From Anaeromyxobacteraceae bacterium (lineage in GTDB: Bacteria; Myxococcota; Myxococcia; Myxococcales; Anaeromyxobacteraceae): a stretch of 64,000 nt of DNA. The stretch covers positions 3,232,001 to 3,296,000 of the forward strand of contig JASGHJ010000002.1 in NCBI GenBank assembly GCA_047602405.1. Direction: 5' to 3'. The notes under the pieces were generated by a model. The model worked only from the letters and a program-made list of their open reading frames with translations. It ran no database searches and had not been told where the DNA came from. Every line of letters begins with the position of its first letter. The first letter of the stretch is position 1. This document shows, piece after piece, positions 1 to 9,776 of this stretch. Position numbers and translations under genes: made by a program.

Positions 1-2532
1 GTGGACGTGGTGGTGGGCGCGGTCGAGACGCACGGCCGGTACGACACCGCGGGGCTGCTGCTGGGGCTCGAGGTGCTGCCCCGCCGCGAGCTCCCCCACC
101 GCGGCCGCGTGCTCGAGGAGTTCGACCTCGACGCGGCGCTCGCGCGCCGGCCCCGGATCCTGCTCCTCGACGAGCTCGCCCACACGAACGCGCCCGGCTC
201 CCGGCACACGAAGCGCTGGCAGGACGTGCTCGAGCTGCTCGACGCTGGGATCGAGGTCTACACGACGCTGAACGTCCAGCACGTCGAGAGCCTCGTCGAC
301 GTGGTGGCGCAGATCACCCGCGTCCACGTCCGCGAGACCGTGCCCGACCGGATCCTCGAGCGGGCCGACGAGATCGGAATCGTGGACATCGCGCCCGAGG
401 AGCTGCTCCAGCGGCTCCGGGAGGGGAAGGTCTACCTCCCCGAGCAGGCCGAGCGCGCGCGCGAGCACTTCTTCAAGCACGGCAACCTGCTCGCCCTGCG
501 CGAGCTCGCGCTCCGCCGGATGGCGGAGCGGGTCGACGCCGACGTCCTCGCCTACCGCCGCGAGCAGGGGGTCGAGGCCGCCTGGCCCACCGCGGAGCGG
601 CTGCTCGTCGCCGTCGGGCCGGCGCCGGACTCGGCGCGGCTCATCCGCGCCACCCGCCGGATCGCCGCGGGCCTGAGGGCCCCCTGGATCGCCGCGGCGG
701 TCGAGGCCTCCTCGCGCCCCCCGCTCGGCGAGGAGGACCGCGAGACGCTCGAGTCGCACCTCAGGCTCGCGGAGTCGCTCGGGGGCGAGGTCGTGCGGCT
801 CACCGGCGTCGAGGTCGCGGGCACGCTCCTCGACCACGCCCGCCACCGCAACGTCACCCGCATCGTGCTCGGGAAGCCGCGGCACCCCCGCTGGCGCGAC
901 CTCGCCCGCGGCTCGCTCGTCGACGAGGTGATCCGCGGCTCCGGCGACATCGACGTCAACGTCATCTCCGGCGACAGCGAGCAGGGCCCGGCGCGCCCGT
1001 CCGGCGGGCCGCCGGGGCGCGTCCCGGTGTCCGGCCTCGACCTCGCCCGGGCGCTCGCCATCATCGCGGTCACCACCGCGTTCGCCCTCGGGGTGAAGGC
1101 GCTCGTCGACGTCCCCGACATCGAGATGCTGTTCCTCCTCGGCGTCATGATCGCGGCGGTGACCTCCGGCCAGGGCGCGTCCATCGCCGCCGCCGCGGTC
1201 GCGGTGGCCGCCTACGACTTCTTCTTCGTGCCGCCCCGGTTCACGTTCGCGGTGCGGGACGCGCGCTACGTCCTCACCTTCGCGATGATGTTCGGGGTGA
1301 GCCTCGTCATCGGCACGCTCACCCGCCGCCTCAGGCTGCAGCAGCTCGCCGCGGTCGGGCGCGAGCGGACCACGTCCGCGCTCTACGTGCTGACCCGCGA
1401 GCTCGGCGGCGCCGTCGACGCGCCGGACGTGGGCGGGGTCTGCGTCCGGGCGGCGGCCGAGGCGTTCGAGGCGACCGCCCTCCTCTACGCGCGGCGCGGG
1501 CGGGACGAGCTGCACCTCCTCGCCGCCTCCCCCGGCGACGCCACCCTCGCGCCCTCCGAGCTCGCCGTGGCGCGTTGGGCGATGGAGCACGGCGAGGCCG
1601 CCGGCCGGGGCACCGACACGCTGCCCGGCGAGCGCGTGGTCTGCATCCCGGTGCGGACCTCCGGCGAGGCGCTCGGGGTCCTCGCGCTCCGCACCGCCGC
1701 GGAGCGGGGCGTGGAGGCCTCCCGGCGCACCTTCCTCGAGGCCCTCGCGCGCCAGGTCGGCCTCGCCCTCGACCGGGTCCGCCTCGCCGAGGAGGCCCGC
1801 TCGGCCGCGCTCCGGGCGAGGACCGAGGAGCTGCGCAGCGGGCTGCTCTCCACCGTGTCGCACGACCTCCGCACGCCGCTCGCCGCCATCACCGGCGCGG
1901 CGACCACGCTCCGCGACGCGCCGCCCGCGGCCGCGGGCGAGCGGACCGGGCTCCTCGACGCGATCGTGGAGGAGGCCGAGCGGCTCGAGCGGCTCGTGGC
2001 GAACCTGCTCGACATGACGAAGCTCGAGTCGGGCACCGTCGAGCCGAGGAGCGAGTGGGTCCCGCTCGTCGAGGTCGTGGGCGGCGCGCTCGTGCGCCTC
2101 GAGGCCCGGCTCGCCGGCCGCCCGGTCGCGACCTCGGTGCCGGACGATCTGCCGCTCGTGAAGCTCGACCCGGTGCTCGTCGAGCAGCTGCTCGTGAACC
2201 TGCTCGAGAACGCGCTGAAGTACACGCCCGCGGGGAGCCCCATCGCGCTCTCCGCCCGGCGCGAGGGCGGCACCCTCGTCGTCGACGTCGCGGACCGCGG
2301 CCCCGGCCTCGCGCCCGGCGAGGAGGAGCGCATCTTCGAGCGCTTCCACCGGGGCGCGCACGCGGGCGTCCGCGGCGCCGGGCTCGGGCTCCCGATCGCC
2401 CGCGCCATCGCGCAGGTCCACGGGGGCCGCCTCACCGCGGCGAACCGCCCGGGCGGCGGCGCCGTCTTCCGCCTGGTGCTCCCGGCGGGCGATGCTCCCC
2501 CCGTGACGCCCCCCGCCCCGGAGGCCGCATGA
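1..2532 (+). CDS. kdpD: Osmosensitive K+ sensor histidine kinase KdpD (5'-truncated by window edge)
   Basis: KdpD motifs DELAHTNAPGSRHTKRWQDV and TTLNVQHVESL, Usp domain, four TM helices, GAF, HisKA SHDLRTPL, HATPase GAGLGL. Confidence 0.97.
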   Translation: MDVVVGAVETHGRYDTAGLLLGLEVLPRRELPHRGRVLEEFDLDAALARRPRILLLDELAHTNAPGSRHTKRWQDVLELLDAGIEVYTTLNVQHVESLVDVVAQITRVHVRETVPDRILERADEIGIVDIAPEELLQRLREGKVYLPEQAERAREHFFKHGNLLALRELALRRMAERVDADVLAYRREQGVEAAWPTAERLLVAVGPAPDSARLIRATRRIAAGLRAPWIAAAVEASSRPPLGEEDRETLESHLRLAESLGGEVVRLTGVEVAGTLLDHARHRNVTRIVLGKPRHPRWRDLARGSLVDEVIRGSGDIDVNVISGDSEQGPARPSGGPPGRVPVSGLDLARALAIIAVTTAFALGVKALVDVPDIEMLFLLGVMIAAVTSGQGASIAAAAVAVAAYDFFFVPPRFTFAVRDARYVLTFAMMFGVSLVIGTLTRRLRLQQLAAVGRERTTSALYVLTRELGGAVDAPDVGGVCVRAAAEAFEATALLYARRGRDELHLLAASPGDATLAPSELAVARWAMEHGEAAGRGTDTLPGERVVCIPVRTSGEALGVLALRTAAERGVEASRRTFLEALARQVGLALDRVRLAEEARSAALRARTEELRSGLLSTVSHDLRTPLAAITGAATTLRDAPPAAAGERTGLLDAIVEEAERLERLVANLLDMTKLESGTVEPRSEWVPLVEVVGGALVRLEARLAGRPVATSVPDDLPLVKLDPVLVEQLLVNLLENALKYTPAGSPIALSARREGGTLVVDVADRGPGLAPGEEERIFERFHRGAHAGVRGAGLGLPIARAIAQVHGGRLTAANRPGGGAVFRLVLPAGDAPPVTPPAPEAA

Positions 2533-3227
2533 GCACGGACGGCCCGGTCGTCCTCGTCGTCGAGGACGAGCCCCAGCTCGTGCGGTTCCTGCGCGCGGCG
2601 CTGCAGGTGAGCTACCGCCTCGTGGAGGCGTCCTCCGTGAAGGAGGCCGAGCAGCTCGCGCCCGGGCACAACCCGGACCTCTTCCTGCTCGACCTCGGGC
2701 TCCCCGACGGCGACGGCGTCGAGCTCGCGCGGCGCCTGCGCGAGTGGACCCAGGCCCCGATCATCGTGCTCTCGGCCCGCGGGCGCGAGGAGGACAAGGT
2801 GCGGGCGCTCGACGCCGGCGCCGACGACTACCTCACGAAGCCCTTCGGCGTCGCGGAGCTCCTCGCGCGCATGCGGGTCGCGCTCCGCCACGCCGCGCGC
2901 CCCGAGGGCAGCGCCGCCGGGCCGATCCAGGTGGGGCCGCTCGAGGTGGACCTCGCCCGCCGCGAGGTCCGGGTGGACGGGGGTGAGGTCCGGCTCACGC
3001 CGACCGAGTGGAAGCTCCTCGCCCTGTTCGCGCGGCACGCCGGGAAGGTGCTCACCCACGGCCAGATCCTCCGCGAGGTGTGGGGCCCGAACGCGACCGA
3101 GGTCCACGTCGCGCGCGTGCACGTGGCGGAGCTCCGCAAGAAGCTCGAGGCCGACCCCGCGCGGCCGCGGCTCCTCGTCACCGAGCCCGGCGTCGGGTAC
3201 CGGCTGCGGGACCGGGTGGAGGGGTGA
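2529..3227 (+). CDS. kdpE: Response regulator KdpE (OmpR family)
   Basis: ATGA overlap with kdpD stop; VLVVEDE, LLDLGLPDGDG, GADDYLTKPF, winged-helix end LVTEPGVGYRL. Confidence 0.95.
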   Translation: MSTDGPVVLVVEDEPQLVRFLRAALQVSYRLVEASSVKEAEQLAPGHNPDLFLLDLGLPDGDGVELARRLREWTQAPIIVLSARGREEDKVRALDAGADDYLTKPFGVAELLARMRVALRHAARPEGSAAGPIQVGPLEVDLARREVRVDGGEVRLTPTEWKLLALFARHAGKVLTHGQILREVWGPNATEVHVARVHVAELRKKLEADPARPRLLVTEPGVGYRLRDRVEG

Positions 3228-3229
3228 AC

Positions 3230-4687
3230 ATGCGAAGGCTCTTCGTCCTCTGGCTCCTCGTCCTCGCCGCCTGCGGCGGGAAGGACTCCGGCCCCAATCC
3301 CCTCTACGACGTCTCCTCCGCCCCGGCCCGCTACCGCGCCGTCGCCGAGGCGTTCGCGAAGGAGGCGAAGGCGTCCGGCGCCCCGGGCGCCGTCCTCGGG
3401 ATCGTCGAGGACGGGAAGCTCGCCTACGCGGTGGGCGTCGGCAGGAAGGACCCGCGGGGCGCCGCCCGGATGGGCGCGGACACGCTCCTCCGGATCGGCT
3501 CGTGCACGAAGATGATGACCGCGCTCGCGGTCCTGCAGGAGGTGCAGGCCGGCCGGCTCGGGCTCGACGACGCGGTGGCCTCGCGCGTCCCCGGGTTCCA
3601 CCTGAAGGCGGACGATGTCTCCGGGATCACCGTCCGCCAGCTCCTCGAGCACGCGAGCGGGATCGCCGAGTACCTCGAGATCGACGCGAGCGCCGCGGAG
3701 CGCACCGACGCCGCGCTCGGGGCCTTCTTCTCGGGGCGCTTCGCCGACCTCGGCTACCTCTCCTCGCCGCCCGGGCGCTTCTACAACTACTCGAACCCCG
3801 GCTACATGCTCGCCGGGCTCGCCGCCGAGACGACCTCCGGCCTCCCCTACCGGCAGCTCCTCGAGGAGCGGGTGCTCGCGCCGCTCGGGATGACCCGCAC
3901 CTTCCTCCTGCCGGCGGACGTCCTCGGCGACGGCGACTTCGCGGTGGCGAGGACGGGCGCCGGCCTCTCGGCCGCGTACGTCGAGCCCGGCGCCTACGAC
4001 AACGGGTGGGCCCGGCCGGCCGGCTACGCCTGGTCGAGCGTGGCGGACCTCGCGCGGTTCGCGGCCTTCGTCATGGACGGCGCCCCCGGCGTGCTGTCGC
4101 CGCAGCTGCACACGCTCATGACCTCGCCGAGCCGCGACACGCAGGAGCTCCTCGACCTCGTGCACTACGGCTACGGCCTGCAGGAGCTCGACGGCTTCGG
4201 CCTCGCGAGCGGCTGGTACGGCGTGAAGGTGCTCGCGCACGACGGCTCGATCCCGGGCTTCTCGGCGAACGTGTTCACGCTGCCGACCCTGCGGTTCGGC
4301 GTGATCACGCTCGCGAGCGGGGACGGCGTGCGCTTCGACGGGACGCTCGTGGCCGCGCTCTCCGCGCTGCCCGCCCTCCCCGCGCCCACGACGGCGCCGA
4401 CGTTCACGCCGGACGTGGGCACCTTCGGCGAGGAGGCGGGCACCTACGAGGACCCGCACTTCGCCGGCACGGTGACCGTCACCTTCGTGAACGGCGAGCT
4501 GCGGGTGAGCATCCCCGAGGCCACCGCGGCGGGGTACGTCTACGACCCCGTGCTCGTCCCGCTGTCGCCCCGCAACTTCCTGCTCCGGATCGCCGGCACG
4601 ACGACGCAGGTCACCTTCATCCACGAGGGCCCGGGCCAGCCCACCTGGCTGCGCACGCGCGAGTTCGTCGCCCGGCGGGCGCCGTGA
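3230..4687 (+). CDS. Beta-lactamase-family serine hydrolase, probable lipoprotein
   Basis: Lipobox LAAC; SxxK (GSCTK), LLEHASG, YNYSN, HDG motifs. Confidence 0.88.
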   Translation: MRRLFVLWLLVLAACGGKDSGPNPLYDVSSAPARYRAVAEAFAKEAKASGAPGAVLGIVEDGKLAYAVGVGRKDPRGAARMGADTLLRIGSCTKMMTALAVLQEVQAGRLGLDDAVASRVPGFHLKADDVSGITVRQLLEHASGIAEYLEIDASAAERTDAALGAFFSGRFADLGYLSSPPGRFYNYSNPGYMLAGLAAETTSGLPYRQLLEERVLAPLGMTRTFLLPADVLGDGDFAVARTGAGLSAAYVEPGAYDNGWARPAGYAWSSVADLARFAAFVMDGAPGVLSPQLHTLMTSPSRDTQELLDLVHYGYGLQELDGFGLASGWYGVKVLAHDGSIPGFSANVFTLPTLRFGVITLASGDGVRFDGTLVAALSALPALPAPTTAPTFTPDVGTFGEEAGTYEDPHFAGTVTVTFVNGELRVSIPEATAAGYVYDPVLVPLSPRNFLLRIAGTTTQVTFIHEGPGQPTWLRTREFVARRAP

Positions 4688-4739
4688 ACGCCCACCTCGG
4701 GCCCGTCGGGCCGGCGCCCTTGGAAGGACGAGCGCCGGC

Positions 4740-5967
4740 TCAGACCTCCAGCGCCGCCGCCCGCGCCTCGAGCCAGGCCCGCTCGGCGCCGTTGCGCGCC
4801 ATCGAGGCCGCGCGCCGGTAGGCCTCGGTGGCCTCCGACAGGCGGCCCAGGTCCTCGAGCAGCCGGGCCCGGACCGCGGGCAGCCGGTGGTAGTCGGCGA
4901 GCGCGGCCTGCCCGGCGAGGCGGTCGACCTCGGCGAGTGCCGCGAGCGGCCCGCGCACGCGCGCGAGCGCCACCGCGCGGGCGAGCGCCGCGACCGGCGA
5001 GGGCGCCATCCGGAGCAGCACGTCGTAGAGCCCGAGGATCTCCTCCCAGCCGGTCTCCGCGGGCGTGGGCGCGCGCGCGTGGAGCGCGGCGATGGCGGCC
5101 TGCACGACGTACGGCCCCGGCCGGTGGAGCGCCAGCGCCCGCTCGAGGAGCGCCTCGCCGCGGGCGACGGCCACCCGGTCCCAGCGCGTGCGGTCCTGCT
5201 CCTCGATGGGCACGAGCCGGCCCGCCTCGTCGGTCCGGGCCCCGGCGCGGGAGGCCTGCAGCTCGAGGAGCGCCGCGAGCCCGAGCACCTCCGGCTCGCC
5301 GGGCAGGAGCTCCGCCGCGCGCCGCGCGAGGTGGAGCGCGGTGCGGGACATCTCGGCGCGCACGAGCGCGTCGCCCTCGGTCGCGGTGTAGCCCTCGTTG
5401 AACACGAGGTAGACGGTCTCGAGCACCGCGGGCAGCCGCTCCGGCAGCTCGGCCGCCCCGGGGACCTCGTAGCGGATCCCGCGCTCGGCGAGGAGGCGCT
5501 GCGCGCGGACGATGCGCTGGGCCACGGTGGCCTCGCGCTCGAGGTGCGCGCGGGCGATTCTGGGGCACCGTGAGCCCGCACAGGACCTTGAGCGCGAGCG
5601 CGACGCGGGCCTCCCGGGAGAGCGCGGGGTGGCAGGCGGTGAAGACGAGCCGGAGGAGGTCGTCCGGCACGGGCTCCGGGAGCACCGCGTCGACCGCGGG
5701 CTCGTCGCCGCGCGCGAGCCCTGCCCGCCGGACGCGCTGGCCCTCCCTCCTCCGGGAGCGCAAGGCGTCGAGCGCGAGCCTTCGCGCGACGGTCATGAGC
5801 CAGCCGCCGGGGTTCGCGGGCGGGGCCTCCTTCCAGGACTCGAGCGCCCGCGCCCGCGCCTCCTGCAGCACGTCCTCGGCCGCCGCGAGGTCGCCGAGGA
5901 GGCGCGCCACGTGCGCGAGCACCTGCGGCCCGGCCTCGACGAGCGCCCGCTCCGGCGCGGCGCTCAC
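4740..5967 (-). CDS. ECF sigma factor with C-terminal TPR extension (ECF42-type); apparent +1 frameshift at 5556-5560
   Basis: AEDVLQEA, PGGWLMTVARR, LRLVFTACHPAL, YLVFNEGY, QDRTRWD; removing one base from GAATC restores PQIARAHLE; next to DGPF genes. Confidence 0.88.
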
Positions 5968-6251
5968 CCGACCACCTCGCCGTCGGCGGCGATCGCGAGG
6001 ATCCGGACCGGCCCCGGCCCGCTCGCCGCGAGCGCGAGCGCCGCCCGCTCGTCCTCCGCCTCCACCACGAACACCGCCGGCTCCGCGCGCGCCGGCGCCA
6101 CCGTCACCACGCCGCCGTCGCGCGCGAGGTGCAGCGCGCCCGCCGCGGTGAGCCCGCCGGCGCGCAGCGCCCCGCTCGCCGCCTGGCACGCGGCCCAGGC
6201 GACGAGCGGCTCGCGCGCGGCATCCTCGTAGAGGAGGACGAAGCGCGGCAT
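5964..6251 (-). CDS. Small degenerate YciI/DGPF-like protein
   Basis: MPRFVLLY...FVVEAEDERAALALA resembles the YciI fold; tightly coupled between the DGPF gene and the sigma gene. Confidence 0.55.
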   Translation of the reverse strand: MPRFVLLYEDAAREPLVAWAACQAASGALRAGGLTAAGALHLARDGGVVTVAPARAEPAVFVVEAEDERAALALAASGPGPVRILAIAADGEVVG

Positions 6252-6254
6252 CGG

Positions 6255-6608
6255 CTACCCCGGCATCGGCTTCACGGCGTAGAGCTCGATCGTGCCGGTG
6301 CGCGCGCCGGGGCACTTCGCGGCGAGCGCGAGGGCCTCCTCGCGCGTCTCGGCGTCGAAGAGGTAGTAGCCGCCCACCACCTCCTTCACCTCCGTGAACG
6401 GGCCGTCGGTCACGCGGGGCTTCCCGTCGCGGACGCGGACGCGCGCCGCCATCGAGGACGGGTGGAGCTCGTCGCCCGAGACGTTCCTCGCCTTCTTCGC
6501 GAGCTCCTCGGAGTACGCGCCGTACTGCTCGTACATCGCGGCCATGTCCTTCTCGGTGAGCTTCGCCCACTGCTGCTCGTCGCCCAGGATCAGCATCAGG
6601 TAGCGCAT
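6255..6608 (-). CDS. YciI/DGPF-domain protein
   Basis: MRYLMLI, VTDGPFTEVKEVVGGYYLF, REEALALA signature. Confidence 0.93.
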   Translation of the reverse strand: MRYLMLILGDEQQWAKLTEKDMAAMYEQYGAYSEELAKKARNVSGDELHPSSMAARVRVRDGKPRVTDGPFTEVKEVVGGYYLFDAETREEALALAAKCPGARTGTIELYAVKPMPG

Positions 6609-6642
6609 GTGTCGGTCCTTCCGGTGAGGGTTCGTGGAGCCT

Positions 6643-6669
6643 GACGGCGGCGGGGGGCGCGGATCGACG
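6643..6669 (-). promoter_or_regulatory. Candidate ECF42-type autoregulated promoter
   Basis: Minus strand CGTCGA-N17-CGTC upstream of the DGPF gene, close to the reported ECF42 TGTCGA / CG(A/T)C consensus. Confidence 0.55.
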
Positions 6670-6709
6670 TCCCTGTTGGGGAGGCCTGCCGGTGCTAGGC
6701 TCCGGGGGA

Positions 6710-7936
6710 ATGCGCCTCGCCGCCCTGCTCGCCCTCCTCGTCCCCGCCGCCGCGCTCGCGAACGGCGGGCCGGTCGCCTGGACCCTCCCCTCCGGCACCG
6801 GGACGCTCGCGCCCATCGAGGAGTCGCGCGTCACGCTCGTTTCGGAGAAGCTCACCATCCGGCTCGAGGACGACGGGAGCCGCTTCCGCGCGCGGGCGGA
6901 GTACGTGCTCTCGAACCCGGGCCCGCCGGCCACGGTGAAGTACGGCGTGCCGGTGTTCTGGCTCGAGGAGGGCGAGTACGGCGAGGCGGGACCCGCCCCG
7001 CGGCCCACCTCGATCGAGGACGTGGTCATCCTCCTCGGCGACGAGCGCCCACGCTGCGCGCTCGAGGATTCGCGGTGGGTTGACCCGGAGCAGCCGGGGC
7101 TCGGCGGGACGGCGTGGTGCACGGCGACCCTCACCATCCCCTCCGGAGCCGCGGTGCCCCTCACGCTCGAGGTCCGCGGCTGGTACCGCTTCACCGACAT
7201 GGCGTACTCGAAGAGCGTCTTCACCGAGTTCGGCGAGCGGACGCTCCGCTGGGAGCTCGCGCCCGCAGGGCACTGGGCCGGGCGCCCGTCCCTCACGATT
7301 GAGATCGACCCGGGCCGCTGGGGTGATCGGTTCCGGGTCGACGCACCCGCCGGGTTCGGGCGCCGCGGGAGCACGCTCACGTTCTCGTCGCCGGCCGCCG
7401 ACCTGAAGGCGCTCGACGCCGTCACGGGCAAGCTCGCCGCGAGGCCCGCGCTCGCGGCGGCGGAGCGCTGGCGGGCGAAGGCGGCCCCCGCGACGAAGGT
7501 GCGGGTCTCGAGCACCCTCCCGGCGCGAGGCGGCCTCCGCTACGACGCCGGGAACCTGCTCGACGGTGACCCGTCCACGGCGTGGTGCGCCGCCCGGGGC
7601 GCGAAGGGGCCTCCCTTCATCGAGCTCGCGCTCCCCGCGGCCGAGGGCTGCTGGTTCGAGCTCGTGCTCGTCCCCGGCTACGCGAAGTCCCCGAAGGCGT
7701 GGCTCGCGAACGGGAGGATCCGCGCCGTGCGCCACGGTCCCTGCGGCCGGCCGGCCGCCGCCACCGCGGTCATCGCCGTCCCCGCGATCGCGCACTGGGA
7801 CGAGGCGGCCTTCGATCTGCCCGCGGGGATCCTGGCCACGGAGTCTTGCGTCCGCCTCGAGCTCACCGGGATCGACCCCGGGCCGGACGGCGACGTCTGC
7901 GTCAGCGAGCTCAAGCCCATCCGGAGCTGCGGGTGA
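6710..7936 (+). CDS. Secreted protein, DUF4424-like N-terminus plus discoidin/F5-8-like C-terminal domain
   Basis: Signal peptide; NGG...VTLVSEKLTI; C-terminal SSTL...YDAGNLLDGDPSTAWC...GYAKS...VCVSEL. Confidence 0.65.
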   Translation: MRLAALLALLVPAAALANGGPVAWTLPSGTGTLAPIEESRVTLVSEKLTIRLEDDGSRFRARAEYVLSNPGPPATVKYGVPVFWLEEGEYGEAGPAPRPTSIEDVVILLGDERPRCALEDSRWVDPEQPGLGGTAWCTATLTIPSGAAVPLTLEVRGWYRFTDMAYSKSVFTEFGERTLRWELAPAGHWAGRPSLTIEIDPGRWGDRFRVDAPAGFGRRGSTLTFSSPAADLKALDAVTGKLAARPALAAAERWRAKAAPATKVRVSSTLPARGGLRYDAGNLLDGDPSTAWCAARGAKGPPFIELALPAAEGCWFELVLVPGYAKSPKAWLANGRIRAVRHGPCGRPAAATAVIAVPAIAHWDEAAFDLPAGILATESCVRLELTGIDPGPDGDVCVSELKPIRSCG

Positions 7937-8814
7937 CGCTCGGCTGCGCGGCCGCGCTCGCCCTCGCGGCGATCCCCGTGACCCGCGTGGCGGGCGACGG
8001 GGAGGCCGCGAAGGGTGCGGTGTTCCTGCGCGAGGGTGAATCCGTGACCCTCGCCGAGGAGGGCGCGGCGCGCTGGTCGATCCTCGACCCGGCCCCCGCC
8101 GACTACGACAACGTCACCGCGTGCGGACCCTTCGGCCCCTCCCGTGGGTGCGCGGCGCCGATCCGGTACGTGGAGCGCGCCCTGCCGGCCCTCGACGGGC
8201 GGGCGCGCGTCGACACCTCCGACGTCGCCGAGCTCGGCACGCCGGGCACGCACCTCCTCCTCGCGCGCGGCGTGCACGACACCGGCCCGGCGACGCCCAC
8301 CGACGCGGTGCAGGTCGTCGTGCGCCGGGACGACGGGTACGTCGGGCGGCTGACCGAGCTCCTCGGCGTCCCCTTCGTGCTCGGCCCGGCGCGGCTCCCG
8401 GACATCGGCCACCAGACCGACGCGCGGCTCGGGGCGGACTGCGTCGCGCTCGTCGTCTACGGGCGCCGGCGGCTCGGCGAGCCGGTGCCGTACGCGGCGC
8501 CCGCGCGGCTCCACGGGTGGCTGACGAAGGTGACCGCCGCACCGGCGCTCGTGTGTCCGGACGGGAGCTTCGCGGAGCTCGCCGGCGTCCGGGAGGGCGA
8601 CGTGCTGCACTTCGGGTTCCAGACCGCGGTCGTCTCGCGCGACCGCCCTCCCCTGGGGATCCTCGACCCGGGCGATCTCGTCATCCACACCTACCATCGC
8701 CTCGCCGAGGAGCGCCCGGTGGGCGCGCTCCCTTACGCCCGGCACCCCGTCGAGGTCCTGCGCTGGCCCGGCGTCACGAACGCGCGGGCCACCGCTCTCC
8801 AGGAGTCACCATGA
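7933..8814 (+). CDS. Secreted NlpC/P60-like papain-fold protein
   Basis: GTGA overlap with previous gene; LLGVPFVLG...GADCVALVVYG...GDVLHF...GDLVIH. Confidence 0.55.
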   Translation: MTLGCAAALALAAIPVTRVAGDGEAAKGAVFLREGESVTLAEEGAARWSILDPAPADYDNVTACGPFGPSRGCAAPIRYVERALPALDGRARVDTSDVAELGTPGTHLLLARGVHDTGPATPTDAVQVVVRRDDGYVGRLTELLGVPFVLGPARLPDIGHQTDARLGADCVALVVYGRRRLGEPVPYAAPARLHGWLTKVTAAPALVCPDGSFAELAGVREGDVLHFGFQTAVVSRDRPPLGILDPGDLVIHTYHRLAEERPVGALPYARHPVEVLRWPGVTNARATALQESP

Positions 8815-9761
8815 CCTTCGCCCTCCTCGCCGCGCTGCTCGCCGCCGCCCCGGCCCCGACGAAGGACCCGCTCGCCGGGCTCGATGCGCGCCTCCGGCGC
8901 GGCGAGTGGGACGCGCTGCGCGCCGGGCTCGAGCAGGCTGCCGAGGGCGCCACCGGCCCGCGTCGGGCGGCGCTCCTCCTCGCGCTCGGACGGACCGCGC
9001 AGGAGTCGAGCGCCTACCACCGGTACGATCCACAGGGCGCGGAGGCGGCGGTGATGCGCGCGGTCGACGCGGCCCGCACCGGGGGCGACGCGGCCGTCCG
9101 GGCACGGGCGCGGCTCCTCGAGGGGAAGCTCCGCTACTGGCAGGGCTTCGGGGATCCGCCGCGCTGGGACGAGGCCCGCCGGATCCTCGAGGACGCGCGC
9201 CAGCAGCTCGTCGAGGTGAAGGCCGCGGCGCCCGCCGCCGAGGCGGCGTTCTACCTCGGGCTCGTCGCGCAGCAGGAGGGGCGCTGGGAGGCGGCGCGCC
9301 CGCTCTTCCAGGACGCGCTCGCCCAGGCGAGGCGGCTCGGCGACGGCTTCCTCGCGTCCTTCCCGGAGCGTCACCTCGCCGATCTCGCCGCCGAGGCGAA
9401 GGACCTCGCGGCCGCGGAGGCCGGACACCGGCGCTGCCTCGCGCTCCGCGAGCAGGCGGGGGCGACGGCGCTCGTGCCGTTCGCCCGGGTGGCGGTCGCA
9501 GAGGTGCTCACGCTCCGCGGCCGGCGCGCGGAGGCGATGACCGAGCTCCGCCGGGCGGCGGACGAGGCCCACCGGCGCGGCACGGCGCCGGCGGAGGCGG
9601 CGGCGCTCCTCGCGCTCTCGAGGCTCTCCGCGGAGGGCGGGGACGCGAAGGGGGCCGCGGCCGCCGGGCTGCAGGCGCTCGCGGCGGCGCGCGCCTACGG
9701 CGACCCGGAGCTCGTCGCGGAGGCGGAGCGGGCGGCCGGGGCGGCCGGCGGGGCGCGCTGA
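8811..9761 (+). CDS. Secreted tetratricopeptide-repeat protein
   Basis: AGGAG RBS, ATGA overlap, signal peptide, Ala-rich TPR helices (AAFYLGLVAQQEGRWEAARPLFQDAL). Confidence 0.75.
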   Translation: MTFALLAALLAAAPAPTKDPLAGLDARLRRGEWDALRAGLEQAAEGATGPRRAALLLALGRTAQESSAYHRYDPQGAEAAVMRAVDAARTGGDAAVRARARLLEGKLRYWQGFGDPPRWDEARRILEDARQQLVEVKAAAPAAEAAFYLGLVAQQEGRWEAARPLFQDALAQARRLGDGFLASFPERHLADLAAEAKDLAAAEAGHRRCLALREQAGATALVPFARVAVAEVLTLRGRRAEAMTELRRAADEAHRRGTAPAEAAALLALSRLSAEGGDAKGAAAAGLQALAAARAYGDPELVAEAERAAGAAGGAR

Positions 9762-9776
9762 CGACCGCCCCGGTGC

